DNA of 45,617 nucleotides, from positions 1-45,617 of the forward strand of contig CAYZTY010000004.1 of NCBI GenBank assembly GCA_964481525.1, read 5' to 3'. Positions 35,427 to 44,901 of the stretch are shown piece by piece. How positions within the stretch are numbered: the stretch's first letter is position 1; each line of letters opens with the position of its first letter. The position numbers and the translations under genes are program-made. The notes under the pieces are model-generated. The model was not told where the DNA came from and did no database searches. It was given only the letters and a program-made list of their open reading frames with translations. The DNA comes from an uncultured Pirellulales bacterium. GTDB lineage: Bacteria; Planctomycetota; Phycisphaerae; Sedimentisphaerales; CAYZTY01.

Positions 35427-37430
35427 TTACTCGTTTTTTTCGGGTTTCTTTTCCGCCGGGGCTTTTTCCGACTGCTCGGACCGGGCCTGTTCAACAGCTA
35501 ACAGCTCGGAGACGGTGGGTTTGTCCAGTTTGTGGCCCTCAAGCAGTCGTTTTACATCCTCGGCATCGAGAGTTTCGTATTTCAGAAGGGCCTGTGCAAT
35601 TGCATCAAGCTTGTCTTTGTTTGCCTCTATCAGTTCCCTGCTTTTTTGGTATGCTTCTTCGGTCGTCTTTCTTACTTCGTTATCGATTGTTTCCGCGGTC
35701 CGCTCGGAATATTCTTTTTCCAGGCCAAAGCCATAACCCGAATTTTTGTATACCGGGTCTGTTTCGTAGCTGACTCTGCCCAGCTCGTCACTCATTCCCC
35801 ACGTCAAAAACATCTTGCGTGCAATCTCCGTGGCCTGCTGGATGTCGTTCTGGGCGCCGCTGGATATATCATCGCAGAACAACTCTTCGGCTATTCGTCC
35901 GGCAAAACATACCTGAAGAATAGCCATACAGTATTTTTTAGTAAAAAGGGTTCTATCCTTTTCCGGCAGTGAGAACGTTGCTCCCCCCATCGGTCCGCGG
36001 GGGATTATACTAACCTTATGCAGGGGGTCGGCATCTTCGAGCAGAGACTGTACCAGGCTGTGGCCTGCCTCGTGATAAGCCGTGATTTCTTTTTCTTTTT
36101 GGTCGACCATTCGGCTTCGTTTAACCCGGCCCCAGCGAATTTTGTCCCTGGCTTCTTCCAAATCCGCCGTTTCGACGAAATCTTTATTTGCCATAGTAGC
36201 CGCAATCGCCGCCTCATTGATTATGGCCGCCAAGTCCGCTCCGCTGAACATCGGCGTTCCGCGCGCCACCCGCTGCAGGTCAATAGCCGGGGCGAGCTTA
36301 ACCTTGGCAGCGTGGACCTTCAGTATCTCGGCCCTTCCTCTTAAATCAGGAAGCGGTACGTAAACCTGACGGTCAAACCGGCCGGGCCGCGTTAAGGCAT
36401 GGTCCAGTATGTCCGCCCGGTTCGTTGCTGCAATTACTATGACCTGGTCGTTGGTGTCAAAACCATCCATCTCGACCAGAATAGCATTAAGCGTCTGCTC
36501 TCGTTCGTCGTGTCCGCCACTGACAAAGCCCGGCCCGCGCCTGCGGCCGATGGCATCAATCTCGTCCAGAAAGATAATGCAGGGCGAGTTGTCTTTTGCC
36601 TGCTTGAACAGGTCACGTACCCTCGAGGCGCCCACGCCGACAAACATCTCCACAAAGTCGCTGCCGGAGATGCTGAAGAAAGGAACGTCTGCTTCGCCCG
36701 CAATTGCTTTAGCTAAAAGTGTCTTGCCGCATCCGGGCGGACCCACCAGCAAAACTCCTCGCGGTATTCGGCCCCCAAGTCGCTGAAACTTCTTTGGATT
36801 TTTTAAAAACTCTATTGTCTCAGCCACTTCCTCCTTGGCCTCATCTATCCCCGCTACGTCCTTGTACGTGACCTTTACCTGTTCTTTGCTTCGAAGGCGG
36901 TGCCTGCTTCGGCCGAAGTTCATTAGCATTCCGCCGGCGCCGCCGCGAATGTTCCGCAGGAAAAGAAAGTAGAACAGCCCGACAATCAAGGCCAGCGGTA
37001 AAAACCAGTTCATAAGGAAGGGCAGCCATATCTGCTCATCGGCCCATGAGTATTCGATGTCGCTTTCCTGCAGCCTTTTCATCAGGTCCTGGCCGACCAC
37101 TTCGGAGTCAAAGTTGGCACGAAATGACGCCGGTGCCTTTTCTTCTCGTGCCGCTACACCTTCGGCGTTGAACCTGCCGAAAATTTCGCTCCCTCTTATC
37201 TCTACCTTCTCAACGTGTCCAGATTCGAGATAGCTGATAAATTCTTTATAACTTATTCTCTCGGCGCTTCTCCACTTACTCACCAGTGCCATCACCGTCA
37301 TTACCGCAAGTGCAATCAGCAGCCAGTTGAAGGGGCTCCTTTTGTACGTGGGCAGCGGGGGCTTTCTGCCTCCGCCTTGGCGACCGTCCACCAATCTTTT
37401 ACCTTCTTTTTTTCTCTCAGGACTAATCAT
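35427..37430 (-). CDS. ftsH: ATP-dependent zinc metalloprotease FtsH
   Basis: Walker A is [13 protein letters not shown], Walker B is IIFLDEIDA, and the SRH region is [19 protein letters not shown]. The zinc site is HEAGHSL. There are two N-terminal TM helices. Confidence 0.95.
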   Translation of the reverse strand: MISPERKKEGKRLVDGRQGGGRKPPLPTYKRSPFNWLLIALAVMTVMALVSKWRSAERISYKEFISYLESGHVEKVEIRGSEIFGRFNAEGVAAREEKAPASFRANFDSEVVGQDLMKRLQESDIEYSWADEQIWLPFLMNWFLPLALIVGLFYFLFLRNIRGGAGGMLMNFGRSRHRLRSKEQVKVTYKDVAGIDEAKEEVAETIEFLKNPKKFQRLGGRIPRGVLLVGPPGCGKTLLAKAIAGEADVPFFSISGSDFVEMFVGVGASRVRDLFKQAKDNSPCIIFLDEIDAIGRRRGPGFVSGGHDEREQTLNAILVEMDGFDTNDQVIVIAATNRADILDHALTRPGRFDRQVYVPLPDLRGRAEILKVHAAKVKLAPAIDLQRVARGTPMFSGADLAAIINEAAIAATMANKDFVETADLEEARDKIRWGRVKRSRMVDQKEKEITAYHEAGHSLVQSLLEDADPLHKVSIIPRGPMGGATFSLPEKDRTLFTKKYCMAILQVCFAGRIAEELFCDDISSGAQNDIQQATEIARKMFLTWGMSDELGRVSYETDPVYKNSGYGFGLEKEYSERTAETIDNEVRKTTEEAYQKSRELIEANKDKLDAIAQALLKYETLDAEDVKRLLEGHKLDKPTVSELLAVEQARSEQSEKAPAEKKPEKNE

Positions 37431-37473
37431 AAATAATCACTCTTGTCACTCAGGTCGGCGAATACAAGAAAGG

Positions 37474-38022
37474 CTACCAGTTTGTCTGCATCATTTCTAC
37501 GATGCGCTCCGCCAGACGGTTTGCCGCCAACCTTAAAGCATACTCGTTTCCCTGGTTCTGGAACGTCGAGAAACTTGCCGATGCACTTGCCGATTCGCTG
37601 TCTATAAGTAACTCGCCTGTCTTCTGATTCTTCCAGCTTATCACTGCACTCATCTCAAACTGTTTCTCCAACGGCTGTCCTGTCTGCTGCTCACTTGCAA
37701 GAACCGCTTCCCCTGCTGTGCTGATTTGTCCACTTAGAACTGTGTCGGCGCGGTTCCGGTTCGATACTATCTTGTAAGGTGTCTGGGCCTCGATACGCTT
37801 GGCTACCGCATCGGTCAGAATGTATTCGTGACCCCTACGAAGGCTGGCAGAGTCGAACATTTCGACGTAAACGCTGGATAGCTGCTTGGGATAAAGCGAT
37901 TCATCGCTATAACTACTCAGGTCAAACCCGCTGCAGCCTGTCACCCATAAACTGACAACCACTCCGCAGCCAATCGTCACTACAAGGACGAGGTAATAAT
38001 CAATGTGCTTGAGTTTTTTCAT
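37474..38022 (-). CDS. lipoprotein, LptE-like
   Basis: The protein is 182 aa with a signal peptide and lipobox (WVTGC). The layout (VYVEMFDSAS…ILTDAVAKRIE…ADTVLSGQIS…) resembles LPS-assembly lipoprotein LptE. Its start overlaps the upstream stop (ATGA). Confidence 0.4.
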   Translation of the reverse strand: MKKLKHIDYYLVLVVTIGCGVVVSLWVTGCSGFDLSSYSDESLYPKQLSSVYVEMFDSASLRRGHEYILTDAVAKRIEAQTPYKIVSNRNRADTVLSGQISTAGEAVLASEQQTGQPLEKQFEMSAVISWKNQKTGELLIDSESASASASFSTFQNQGNEYALRLAANRLAERIVEMMQTNW

Positions 38023-39020
38023 TTTTCCTTGTCCTGTGTAGATTCCTTTTTAGTAGTTTTCTCAACAAACCTCGCAGCAGAGCTGTCCGGCCAATTTTCT
38101 GTGACGTGCTGATAGTATAAATTGGCGGCCAGCTTGCTGTTTGTCTTTTCATAGTACTCACCGATGGCATATTGTTTATAAGCTATCTGCTCTTCAATAT
38201 GGGCGAGTATTTGTTCAACACCGATTTCCTCGGCATATTGTGGGTAACGCGACTGTAAATCCTGGAAATAACTCCTGGCGCTAATCAGGCTTGTGGCGTC
38301 ATATGTAGGTCCTCTATAGGCCGCGTGCATATTGCGTGCCATACCGAGCAATGCCTCCCTGCCCATATCGCCGTCCGGCCAGCGTGACGAAATTTGCGAC
38401 CAGGTTTCATACGCCTCGATAAATTTTTCTCTTTTCTCGTAGCTCATAGCGATTGATTTCATTGCCCGCTGTGCGATTGGTGCATCTCCCGCCCGTGCCG
38501 CTATTTTCTCCATTATTCTGACGCCCTCGCTATAACCCCTGATGCTGAAGAGCTTCAAAATTCGTCTCTTGTGTCCGGCAAGAAAGGCCGTCGCCACTTG
38601 GAACTGTCTGTCCATCGCCGTTTCGTAAAGTTCGCTCCTCGGATATTCGTCGAGGAATTTCTCATAGCTTCTAACTGCTTTATCGAATTGTCCCTTTGCC
38701 AGGAGCAGCTCAGCCTTAACAAACGCCTCAAACTCCCGCTCAATGACCTCTGGGAACGCCTCTTTGAGCTTTGCCAGTTTCTCTTTTGCTGCTTCAGGCT
38801 CCCCGCTGCTTACCATTTTTTTAATCTCAGCAACGGCCATAAGGTATTGGCCCTGATTATCTTCAGATACCTCTTGCCACTGCTCGTTTTCGTCCAGGCG
38901 CCAAGTCTTCGCCAGCACCGTGCTGCTCAGCATTATTACTGCTGTAAAGAACAGAATCCGGCTTACTTGCTTTAACATTCTTGTTCCCTTTCGCCTCCAA
39001 GCTTCCGAGAACCTTCTCAT
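38019..39020 (-). CDS. TPR-like protein, BamD/YfiO-like
   Basis: The protein is 333 aa. A signal-like N-terminus appears if translation starts at the Met at 38978 (MLKQVSRILFFTAVIMLSSTVLA). Helical repeats include GQFDKAVRSYEKFLDEYPRSELYETA. No lipobox Cys is present. Confidence 0.4.
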   Translation of the reverse strand: MRRFSEAWRRKGTRMLKQVSRILFFTAVIMLSSTVLAKTWRLDENEQWQEVSEDNQGQYLMAVAEIKKMVSSGEPEAAKEKLAKLKEAFPEVIEREFEAFVKAELLLAKGQFDKAVRSYEKFLDEYPRSELYETAMDRQFQVATAFLAGHKRRILKLFSIRGYSEGVRIMEKIAARAGDAPIAQRAMKSIAMSYEKREKFIEAYETWSQISSRWPDGDMGREALLGMARNMHAAYRGPTYDATSLISARSYFQDLQSRYPQYAEEIGVEQILAHIEEQIAYKQYAIGEYYEKTNSKLAANLYYQHVTENWPDSSAARFVEKTTKKESTQDKEK

Positions 39021-39289
39021 TATCTTTCTGGGGATAGTTAAGCACTCAGTTGTCTATCCTTCCCTTTTTATTATACTCCCTGTTGCCCGCCGTTGCAAAC
39101 ACCGTTATTCCACGTATTTTCCAGCCGAATTAGCTTCTTGAGAGCAGTGCTGAATACTATATCTGCGTCCATAAAAGAGTTCACCCGGTCAGGATGCCTA
39201 ATAGGGCCGATGTCTATGGGATTTTCCGCCCCGGGCGGACAATTTATCCTTGTTATGAGAGGCTCGCAGACACGGATTCGCTACAATAC

Positions 39290-39317
39290 TTGACTTTTGC
39301 TGTATAAGACTTAAAAT
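39290..39317 (+). promoter_or_regulatory. candidate sigma70-type promoter flanked by a 7-bp inverted repeat
   Basis: TTGACT (39290-39295), a 16-nt spacer, then TAAAAT (39312-39317). CTTGACT (39289-39295) and AGTCAAG (39318-39324) bracket it, so it may be an operator. Confidence 0.4.
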
Positions 39318-39368
39318 AGTCAAGCCTAAATTTCAGTAAAATTACTCACTTTCCTTGGTGGAGGAATT

Positions 39369-39446
39369 ATGACCGCCTTCTTGTTCTGGCTGAATATCGT
39401 GAAAATCAGCATCGGCTGGGCATTAATGGATGAGAAGGAGGGGTAA
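39369..39446 (+). CDS. candidate 25-aa leader or small hydrophobic peptide
   Basis: The ATG at 39369 lies 5 nt after GGAGG. It encodes MTAFLFWLNIVKISIGWALMDEKEG and sits about 50 nt downstream of the candidate promoter. It is too short to be called with confidence. Confidence 0.25.
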   Translation: MTAFLFWLNIVKISIGWALMDEKEG

Positions 39447-39944
39447 ATCATTTAGTCTTAGAGGCTGGGTTTTTCCCTGACAGGGATAAGGGGCGAACGT
39501 ATCGAGAGGAGGAAAGCAGTTTCATATATAGAACCGGAGCGATAGAGGGTTTGTCGGGCCATCAAGACGCTGTCCGGAGATGAGGTTTTGCCGATGGGGA
39601 AGGTTTGGTAGATATCTTAGTTGTAATAGCTGCAAAAAACCTTGTTTTCTGACCGCGGGATTGGTATTATTTTGGTGAGGTTTTCGGAGCGTAGGACGTT
39701 CAGGAAGAAGGCTGATTGCGCGGTTTTCGGCTTCGGTAATCCGTGGGGTTTTTCATAATTTCCTCAGGAGATTGAGGCTATGGAAGGTTCGAAAAATCAT
39801 GCTTTAGATAACCAATCGGTGTCAACAAATAGACAGAGGAAATCCGTTTTGAAGAGGTAATAAACCTGATTAGCGATTTGTGAAATCTCTGGAAATGCAA
39901 GTATTTAATTTTGCTTGTTGGCCTGGTTCTTTTTGATTGGAACG

Positions 39945-41249
39945 ATGGAACACAAGGACGAACTCATAAAACATGGAAGCTTAATGTTCCTGGCTGTTGC
40001 TGTGTTTAATATTTTCAACCTCTTATACCAGCTATATATGGTCAGGAATCTCAGCCCCGTAAATTACGGGGTCTTAAATTCTCTCTTTTCTATCTTGATG
40101 ATAGTATCCATTCCCAGCGGGACCCTGCAGACAGTGGTTACCAAGTTTATCTCGACCTTCTGTGCAATTAATCACCATGAGAGAATAAATCTTTTACTTT
40201 ACTCTTTTGCGAAGAAAACAATAGTGTTTAGTTTGGTTGCTCTCTTAGTGCTAATTTTTGGCAGTAGGAGTATTGCTTCGTTTCTTCAAATTACCTCTTC
40301 GCGATTGATAATGGTATTGGGTGTTGTAACATTTTTCTCAATACTTTTACCTCTTAGCCAAGGCGGGCTGCAAGGACTACAAAAGTTCGGATATTTAGGT
40401 TTAACTATGATTATTAATGGCGGCTTAAAATTACTTTTCGGTATTATATTTGTTAGTGTCGGCTTTGGAGTGATGGGGGCAATGAGTGCCCTGGGTATAG
40501 CGACATTTATCGCCCTTTTGCTATCCCTTGTCATGCTCGCTTCTGTGTTACCAAGACCTTTGGCTTCGATTCCGGGATTTTTGCGGTTTAAATCGAACAA
40601 TCCTGAACCTGAAACGAATTTTTCGGAGGTCTATAAATATTTTTATCCGGTGGCTACGGTCTTTTTTTGTTTTATGATTCTAACTAGTATGGATGTAGTC
40701 GTCGTTAAGCATTTCTTCAAACCTTTAGAGGCCGGGTATTACTCAATAGCACAAATGGCAGGAAAGATAATTCTTTTTTTACCGATTGCCATTACCTTAG
40801 TAATGTTCCCTAAGACATCTAACCTTCATGCACAAGCCAAGGCCACCTTACATCTTCTGGAGAAAAGTCTTTTGTATGTAGGAGTACTATGTGGGATAGC
40901 TGCTCTCGTCTGCCTTCTTTTTCCAGGTTTGGTGATAAGGTTGCTGTCAGGCGAGGAACATTTACATTGTATCCGGCTGGTCAGGATTTTTTCTGTTACC
41001 ATGGTCTTTTTTGCTCTGGTGTATGTCCTTCTGTTCTATCAGCTTTCCGTCCATCGCCTGAATTTCATTTATTCTCTGGTATTGCTTACGGTACTTCAGA
41101 TTCTTGCGATTACCTTATTCCATCAAAGTCTATCACAAGTTCTCTATATTATCTGTGGTAATGCTATGTTGCTTTTTTTAATCAATATGTTTCTTGTTTT
41201 GAAACGGAAGGAATTCCATGTTGCCTCTGGTATCGGTAGTAATTCCTAA
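39945..41249 (+). CDS. polysaccharide flippase (Wzx-like, MOP superfamily)
   Basis: The protein is about 434 aa with roughly 12-14 TM helices. It is the first gene of a sugar-modification cluster. The ATG at 39945 is preferred over the TTG at 39915. Confidence 0.65.
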   Translation: MEHKDELIKHGSLMFLAVAVFNIFNLLYQLYMVRNLSPVNYGVLNSLFSILMIVSIPSGTLQTVVTKFISTFCAINHHERINLLLYSFAKKTIVFSLVALLVLIFGSRSIASFLQITSSRLIMVLGVVTFFSILLPLSQGGLQGLQKFGYLGLTMIINGGLKLLFGIIFVSVGFGVMGAMSALGIATFIALLLSLVMLASVLPRPLASIPGFLRFKSNNPEPETNFSEVYKYFYPVATVFFCFMILTSMDVVVVKHFFKPLEAGYYSIAQMAGKIILFLPIAITLVMFPKTSNLHAQAKATLHLLEKSLLYVGVLCGIAALVCLLFPGLVIRLLSGEEHLHCIRLVRIFSVTMVFFALVYVLLFYQLSVHRLNFIYSLVLLTVLQILAITLFHQSLSQVLYIICGNAMLLFLINMFLVLKRKEFHVASGIGSNS

Positions 41250-42246
41250 TTGGAACGGGGAAAAGTATCTGAATGATTGCATAGCTTCTCTTAGAGAGCA
41301 GACCCATAATAATTTGGAGATAATTGTGGTGGATAATGCATCCAAGGATGATTCCGTGGAGTATTTACAAAAAAACTTCCCAAAGGTCAAAGTTGTAAGA
41401 CACAGCGAGAACCTCGGATTCGGGGCAGCGAATAACACAGGTATAAAGGCAGCCCAAGGCGAATATATTATGATGTTGAACAATGATACGAGATTAGAGC
41501 CGAGATGTATCGAGGAACTTAGGAAAAGTATTGATAAAGACGAGAAATTTGGCGCATGTGCTTCCAAGATACTATTAGAATATGAAAGTAATTTACTCGA
41601 TGTTGCAGGTATTGCAGTATGTTTGGATGGATTGTCCATAGGAAGAGGACGTCTTGAGAGTGGTGATAAATTCAATAAAGAAGAGGAGGTTTTTTTCGCA
41701 AGCGATTGCGCTTGTCTGTATAAAAAAGAAATGTTGGAAGATATTAGATTAACCAACGAAATTTACGATGAGGATTTTTTTGCCTATGCCGATGAAACGG
41801 ATATGGGCTGGAGGGCACAACTGGCTGGTTGGAAATGTGTATATAATCCTGAAGCAGTCGTGTATCATCTTCATTCTGCCAGCTCCAGTAGTTATTCACC
41901 TCTTAAGGCATTTTTAGTTGAGCGAAATAGAATCTGGGTCGCAGTTAAAAGTTTCCCTATTTCTTTTTTGATTCTGGGGATATTTTACACGGTTTTAAGA
42001 TATTTCTATCAAACTTTAGGTGCTTTAACCGGTAAGGGGGCTGCGGGAAGATTTACGAAAGAAGCGAGTAAATTTAAACTCGTGAGCATATTAATAAAAG
42101 CAAATATCTCGGCATTTTTAGGTTTGCCTAAAATGCTTAAAAAGAGAAGAGAGATTATGAAGAAAAAAAGGATATCCAACAAAGAAGTTTACACATTGTT
42201 AAAGAGATTTGGTATCAGTGCAAGAAAGATAGCTCTGAAAGAATAA
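41218..42246 (+). CDS. family 2 glycosyltransferase
   Basis: The N-terminus is VSVVIPNWNGEKYLNDCIASL. VDNASKDDS and MLNNDT (DxD-like) motifs are present, with a C-terminal TM segment. Confidence 0.85.
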   Translation: MLPLVSVVIPNWNGEKYLNDCIASLREQTHNNLEIIVVDNASKDDSVEYLQKNFPKVKVVRHSENLGFGAANNTGIKAAQGEYIMMLNNDTRLEPRCIEELRKSIDKDEKFGACASKILLEYESNLLDVAGIAVCLDGLSIGRGRLESGDKFNKEEEVFFASDCACLYKKEMLEDIRLTNEIYDEDFFAYADETDMGWRAQLAGWKCVYNPEAVVYHLHSASSSSYSPLKAFLVERNRIWVAVKSFPISFLILGIFYTVLRYFYQTLGALTGKGAAGRFTKEASKFKLVSILIKANISAFLGLPKMLKKRREIMKKKRISNKEVYTLLKRFGISARKIALKE

Positions 42247-42257
42247 GGAGGATATAA

Positions 42258-43367
42258 ATGATACCTGTTTTTAAACCATCTTACGGCAAAGAAGAGTTAG
42301 AAGCCTTAAAAGAGCCTTTTAAAACAGGCTGGATAGGTTTGGGGCCAAAGACGAAAGAGTTTGAGAAGCAATTTGCTGAGTATATTGGAGTCAAATACTC
42401 GGTTGCTACAAATTCTTGCACGGCGGCACTACATCTTGCTATGAAAGTGATGGGCGTGGGAGGTTGTGAGGTAATTACAACACCACTAACTTTCGTATCT
42501 ACTAATCATGCCATCATTTATAATAATGGATTCCCCGTCTTTGCTGATATATATCCGGACACATTAAATATTAATCCTGATGAGATAAAGAAATTGATTA
42601 CTGATAAGACGAGGGCAATTGTTGCCGTCCATTACGGTGGTCATCCTTGCGATATGGACCTTATCAATGAGATAGCCAAGGAACATAATTTGGCTGTAAT
42701 TGAGGATGCAGCCCATGGTTGTGGTGGTGAATATAAAGGCCGAAAGATAGGTTCTTTGGGTGATGTCGCCTGTTTCAGCTTTCATGCCGTCAAGAATTTG
42801 GCAACGGCGGATGGGGGTATGATTACCACAGATGACCCCGAAATTAATAGCAGATTATTGAAACTGAGATGGATGGGTATAACAAAGGACACTTGGGCGA
42901 GAGAAGATAAAGATAAAAAATATTCGTGGTATTATAATGTAGAGGAGGTTGGCTATAAATGTCATATGAATGATATAACCGCTGCTCTCGGGTTGGTACA
43001 ACTTAAAAAACTCGATAGGATGAACGATAGGAGAAGGGAGATAACCGAGAAGTATAATAAAGGTTTTGCTAATTTAGGTTGGTTAGAAACGCCAGTGCTT
43101 AAGAGCTATGCCAAAAGCGCTTGTCATAATTATGTTATTAAGGCAAAGGACAGAGACAGGTTGAATGCCTACCTTCAGGAAAATGGGATTTCTACCGGTG
43201 TCCATTATATACCTAATAATCATTACCAGATGTATAAGAATTGCCGAGGTGAGACGCCCGTTTGCGAAAATGTATGGACGAAATTGCTAACATTGCCTTT
43301 ATTTCCCGACTTAAAAGATTCTGAGGTAGATATGATTATAGAAAAGGTGAGGAGGTTTAAAGAATAG
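42258..43367 (+). CDS. DegT/DnrJ/EryC1/StrS-family sugar aminotransferase
   Basis: The protein is 369 aa. The PLP-Lys motif is SFHAVKNLATADGGMI, and VIEDAAHG is present. An SD (AGGAGG) lies upstream. Confidence 0.85.
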   Translation: MIPVFKPSYGKEELEALKEPFKTGWIGLGPKTKEFEKQFAEYIGVKYSVATNSCTAALHLAMKVMGVGGCEVITTPLTFVSTNHAIIYNNGFPVFADIYPDTLNINPDEIKKLITDKTRAIVAVHYGGHPCDMDLINEIAKEHNLAVIEDAAHGCGGEYKGRKIGSLGDVACFSFHAVKNLATADGGMITTDDPEINSRLLKLRWMGITKDTWAREDKDKKYSWYYNVEEVGYKCHMNDITAALGLVQLKKLDRMNDRRREITEKYNKGFANLGWLETPVLKSYAKSACHNYVIKAKDRDRLNAYLQENGISTGVHYIPNNHYQMYKNCRGETPVCENVWTKLLTLPLFPDLKDSEVDMIIEKVRRFKE

Positions 43368-43371
43368 AGGT

Positions 43372-44328
43372 ATGGAATATGTAAAATGTAATTTTTGCAA
43401 TAACGACGATACGCAGCCATTGTTTTCCAAGAAGGAAAAATTCGGCTTATCTGACTGTGATTTTAGAGTTGTTCAATGCCAAAAGTGTGGATTGATTTAT
43501 ATTAATCCCAGACCTTTAGGAAGTGAAATCGTCAAATTTTATCCTGATACATATTCCTGGAAAGAAACTCTGACGGCAGAATCTGCAGTTACTAAATTAA
43601 TAAGAAAATTAGAGAAGACATACAGACATCATTTACTAAATTATGAAACTTCAAAGGTTATTAAAGTAACTAATAAAAAGACAGGGAAGTTGCTTGATGT
43701 TGGCTGTGGTTCAGGTGACAGGCTGGATATTTTTAGACGAAAGGGCTTTGAGACCTATGGTGTAGAGATATCTTCGTCAGGAGAATATGCGAGAGAGCAT
43801 CTCGGATTAAATGTGAAACAGGGAGATTTGTTTGAGGCGAGTTATCCTGATTCTTATTTCGATATCATCACACTTTTCAATGTGTTAGAACACACTCACG
43901 ATCCACAAAAGGTTATTGGTGAAGCGCGCAGAATTTTGAAAAAAGACGGGATTATTACTATTCAAGTTCCCAATACAGAGTGTATCCAATTTAGACTTTT
44001 TAAGGAAAGATGGGCGGCAGTGGATGCTCCCAGGGATTTATATTATTTTAATCCTGATATCATATCCAGTCTTTTAGAAAAGCATGGTCTTCAAGTAATA
44101 AAAACTGACCACTTTACGAATTGGTGGCATCCGCCGACAATTGTTATAAGTCTATTTCCAAATCTCGACCCTCAAAAAGCATGGCAAGAAGAGAAAAAAA
44201 AGAATAATCCTATTTTTGAGAGATTATCATGGATATTTTGGACGTTGGTACTACCCCCCTTCGCATTTTTTGAAAGTATTATGAAAAAGGCGGCAATAGT
44301 TACGGTTTATGCTAAGAGGGTCGGTTAA
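43372..44328 (+). CDS. class I SAM-dependent methyltransferase with an N-terminal zinc ribbon
   Basis: CNFCNN…CQKCG forms the ribbon, followed by SAM motif I LLDVGCGSGDRL and an acidic post-I residue. Confidence 0.8.
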   Translation: MEYVKCNFCNNDDTQPLFSKKEKFGLSDCDFRVVQCQKCGLIYINPRPLGSEIVKFYPDTYSWKETLTAESAVTKLIRKLEKTYRHHLLNYETSKVIKVTNKKTGKLLDVGCGSGDRLDIFRRKGFETYGVEISSSGEYAREHLGLNVKQGDLFEASYPDSYFDIITLFNVLEHTHDPQKVIGEARRILKKDGIITIQVPNTECIQFRLFKERWAAVDAPRDLYYFNPDIISSLLEKHGLQVIKTDHFTNWWHPPTIVISLFPNLDPQKAWQEEKKKNNPIFERLSWIFWTLVLPPFAFFESIMKKAAIVTVYAKRVG

Positions 44329-44901
44329 ATGTCAGGGAAGCTATTAAAGTTTTTATATTTTGGAATTGGCTTTAGGTTAAGGTATTTCTTCTGGAAGTTC
44401 GTTGTTGTTTCCTCGGGAGGGATGATTGGTAAAAATGTAAAGATTTACGAAGGTGTAAGAATACTTTGCAATCATCCCGGCGCAATAAGCATTGGAGACA
44501 ATGCCCGTATATTGCGTAATGTTACTATAAGCACTTCTGAATCAGGAAATATCTCGATAGGAAATAATATCCATATTGGCGAGAGTTCAATAATTTTCAG
44601 TTATCAAGAAGTTACGATAAAAAATGACGTAACTATCGGCCCACAAAATATCATTGTTGATGTTGACCACGTCTATCGAGATATAGATGTCCCAATAAAT
44701 AAACAAGGATATAATGCGAAAAGAGTCTTAATTGAGGATGATGTTTGGATTTCCTCAAATTGTTGCATAATAAAAGGAGTTGTTATAGGCAAAGGTTCCG
44801 TAATAGGCGCAGGTTCAGTTGTTAATAAGAGTGTACCTCCTTATAGCGTGGCCTGTGGTGTGCCTGCAAAGGTAATTAGAAAAAGGGGGGAAAGTGATTA
44901 A
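44329..44901 (+). CDS. hexapeptide-repeat (left-handed beta-helix) acyl/acetyltransferase
   Basis: The protein is 190 aa with repeated [LIV]-G-x4 hexapeptides (ISIGDNARI, ISIGNNIHIGESSII, VTIGPQNII, VVIGKGSVIGAGSVV). Confidence 0.75.
   Translation: MSGKLLKFLYFGIGFRLRYFFWKFVVVSSGGMIGKNVKIYEGVRILCNHPGAISIGDNARILRNVTISTSESGNISIGNNIHIGESSIIFSYQEVTIKNDVTIGPQNIIVDVDHVYRDIDVPINKQGYNAKRVLIEDDVWISSNCCIIKGVVIGKGSVIGAGSVVNKSVPPYSVACGVPAKVIRKRGESD

Noticed and set aside
39021-39914. SRP RNA, RNase P RNA, tmRNA or a known riboswitch in the long intergenic region
   Set aside because: Local resemblances exist (GAGGAGGAAAGC versus the RNase P GAGGAAAGUCC; CAGGAAGAAGGCUG versus the SRP GGAAGGAAGCAGCC). They are partial and lack the other conserved blocks. 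There is no tmRNA tag ORF or 3' CCA-arm, and I could align no c-di-GMP or ZTP core motifs.
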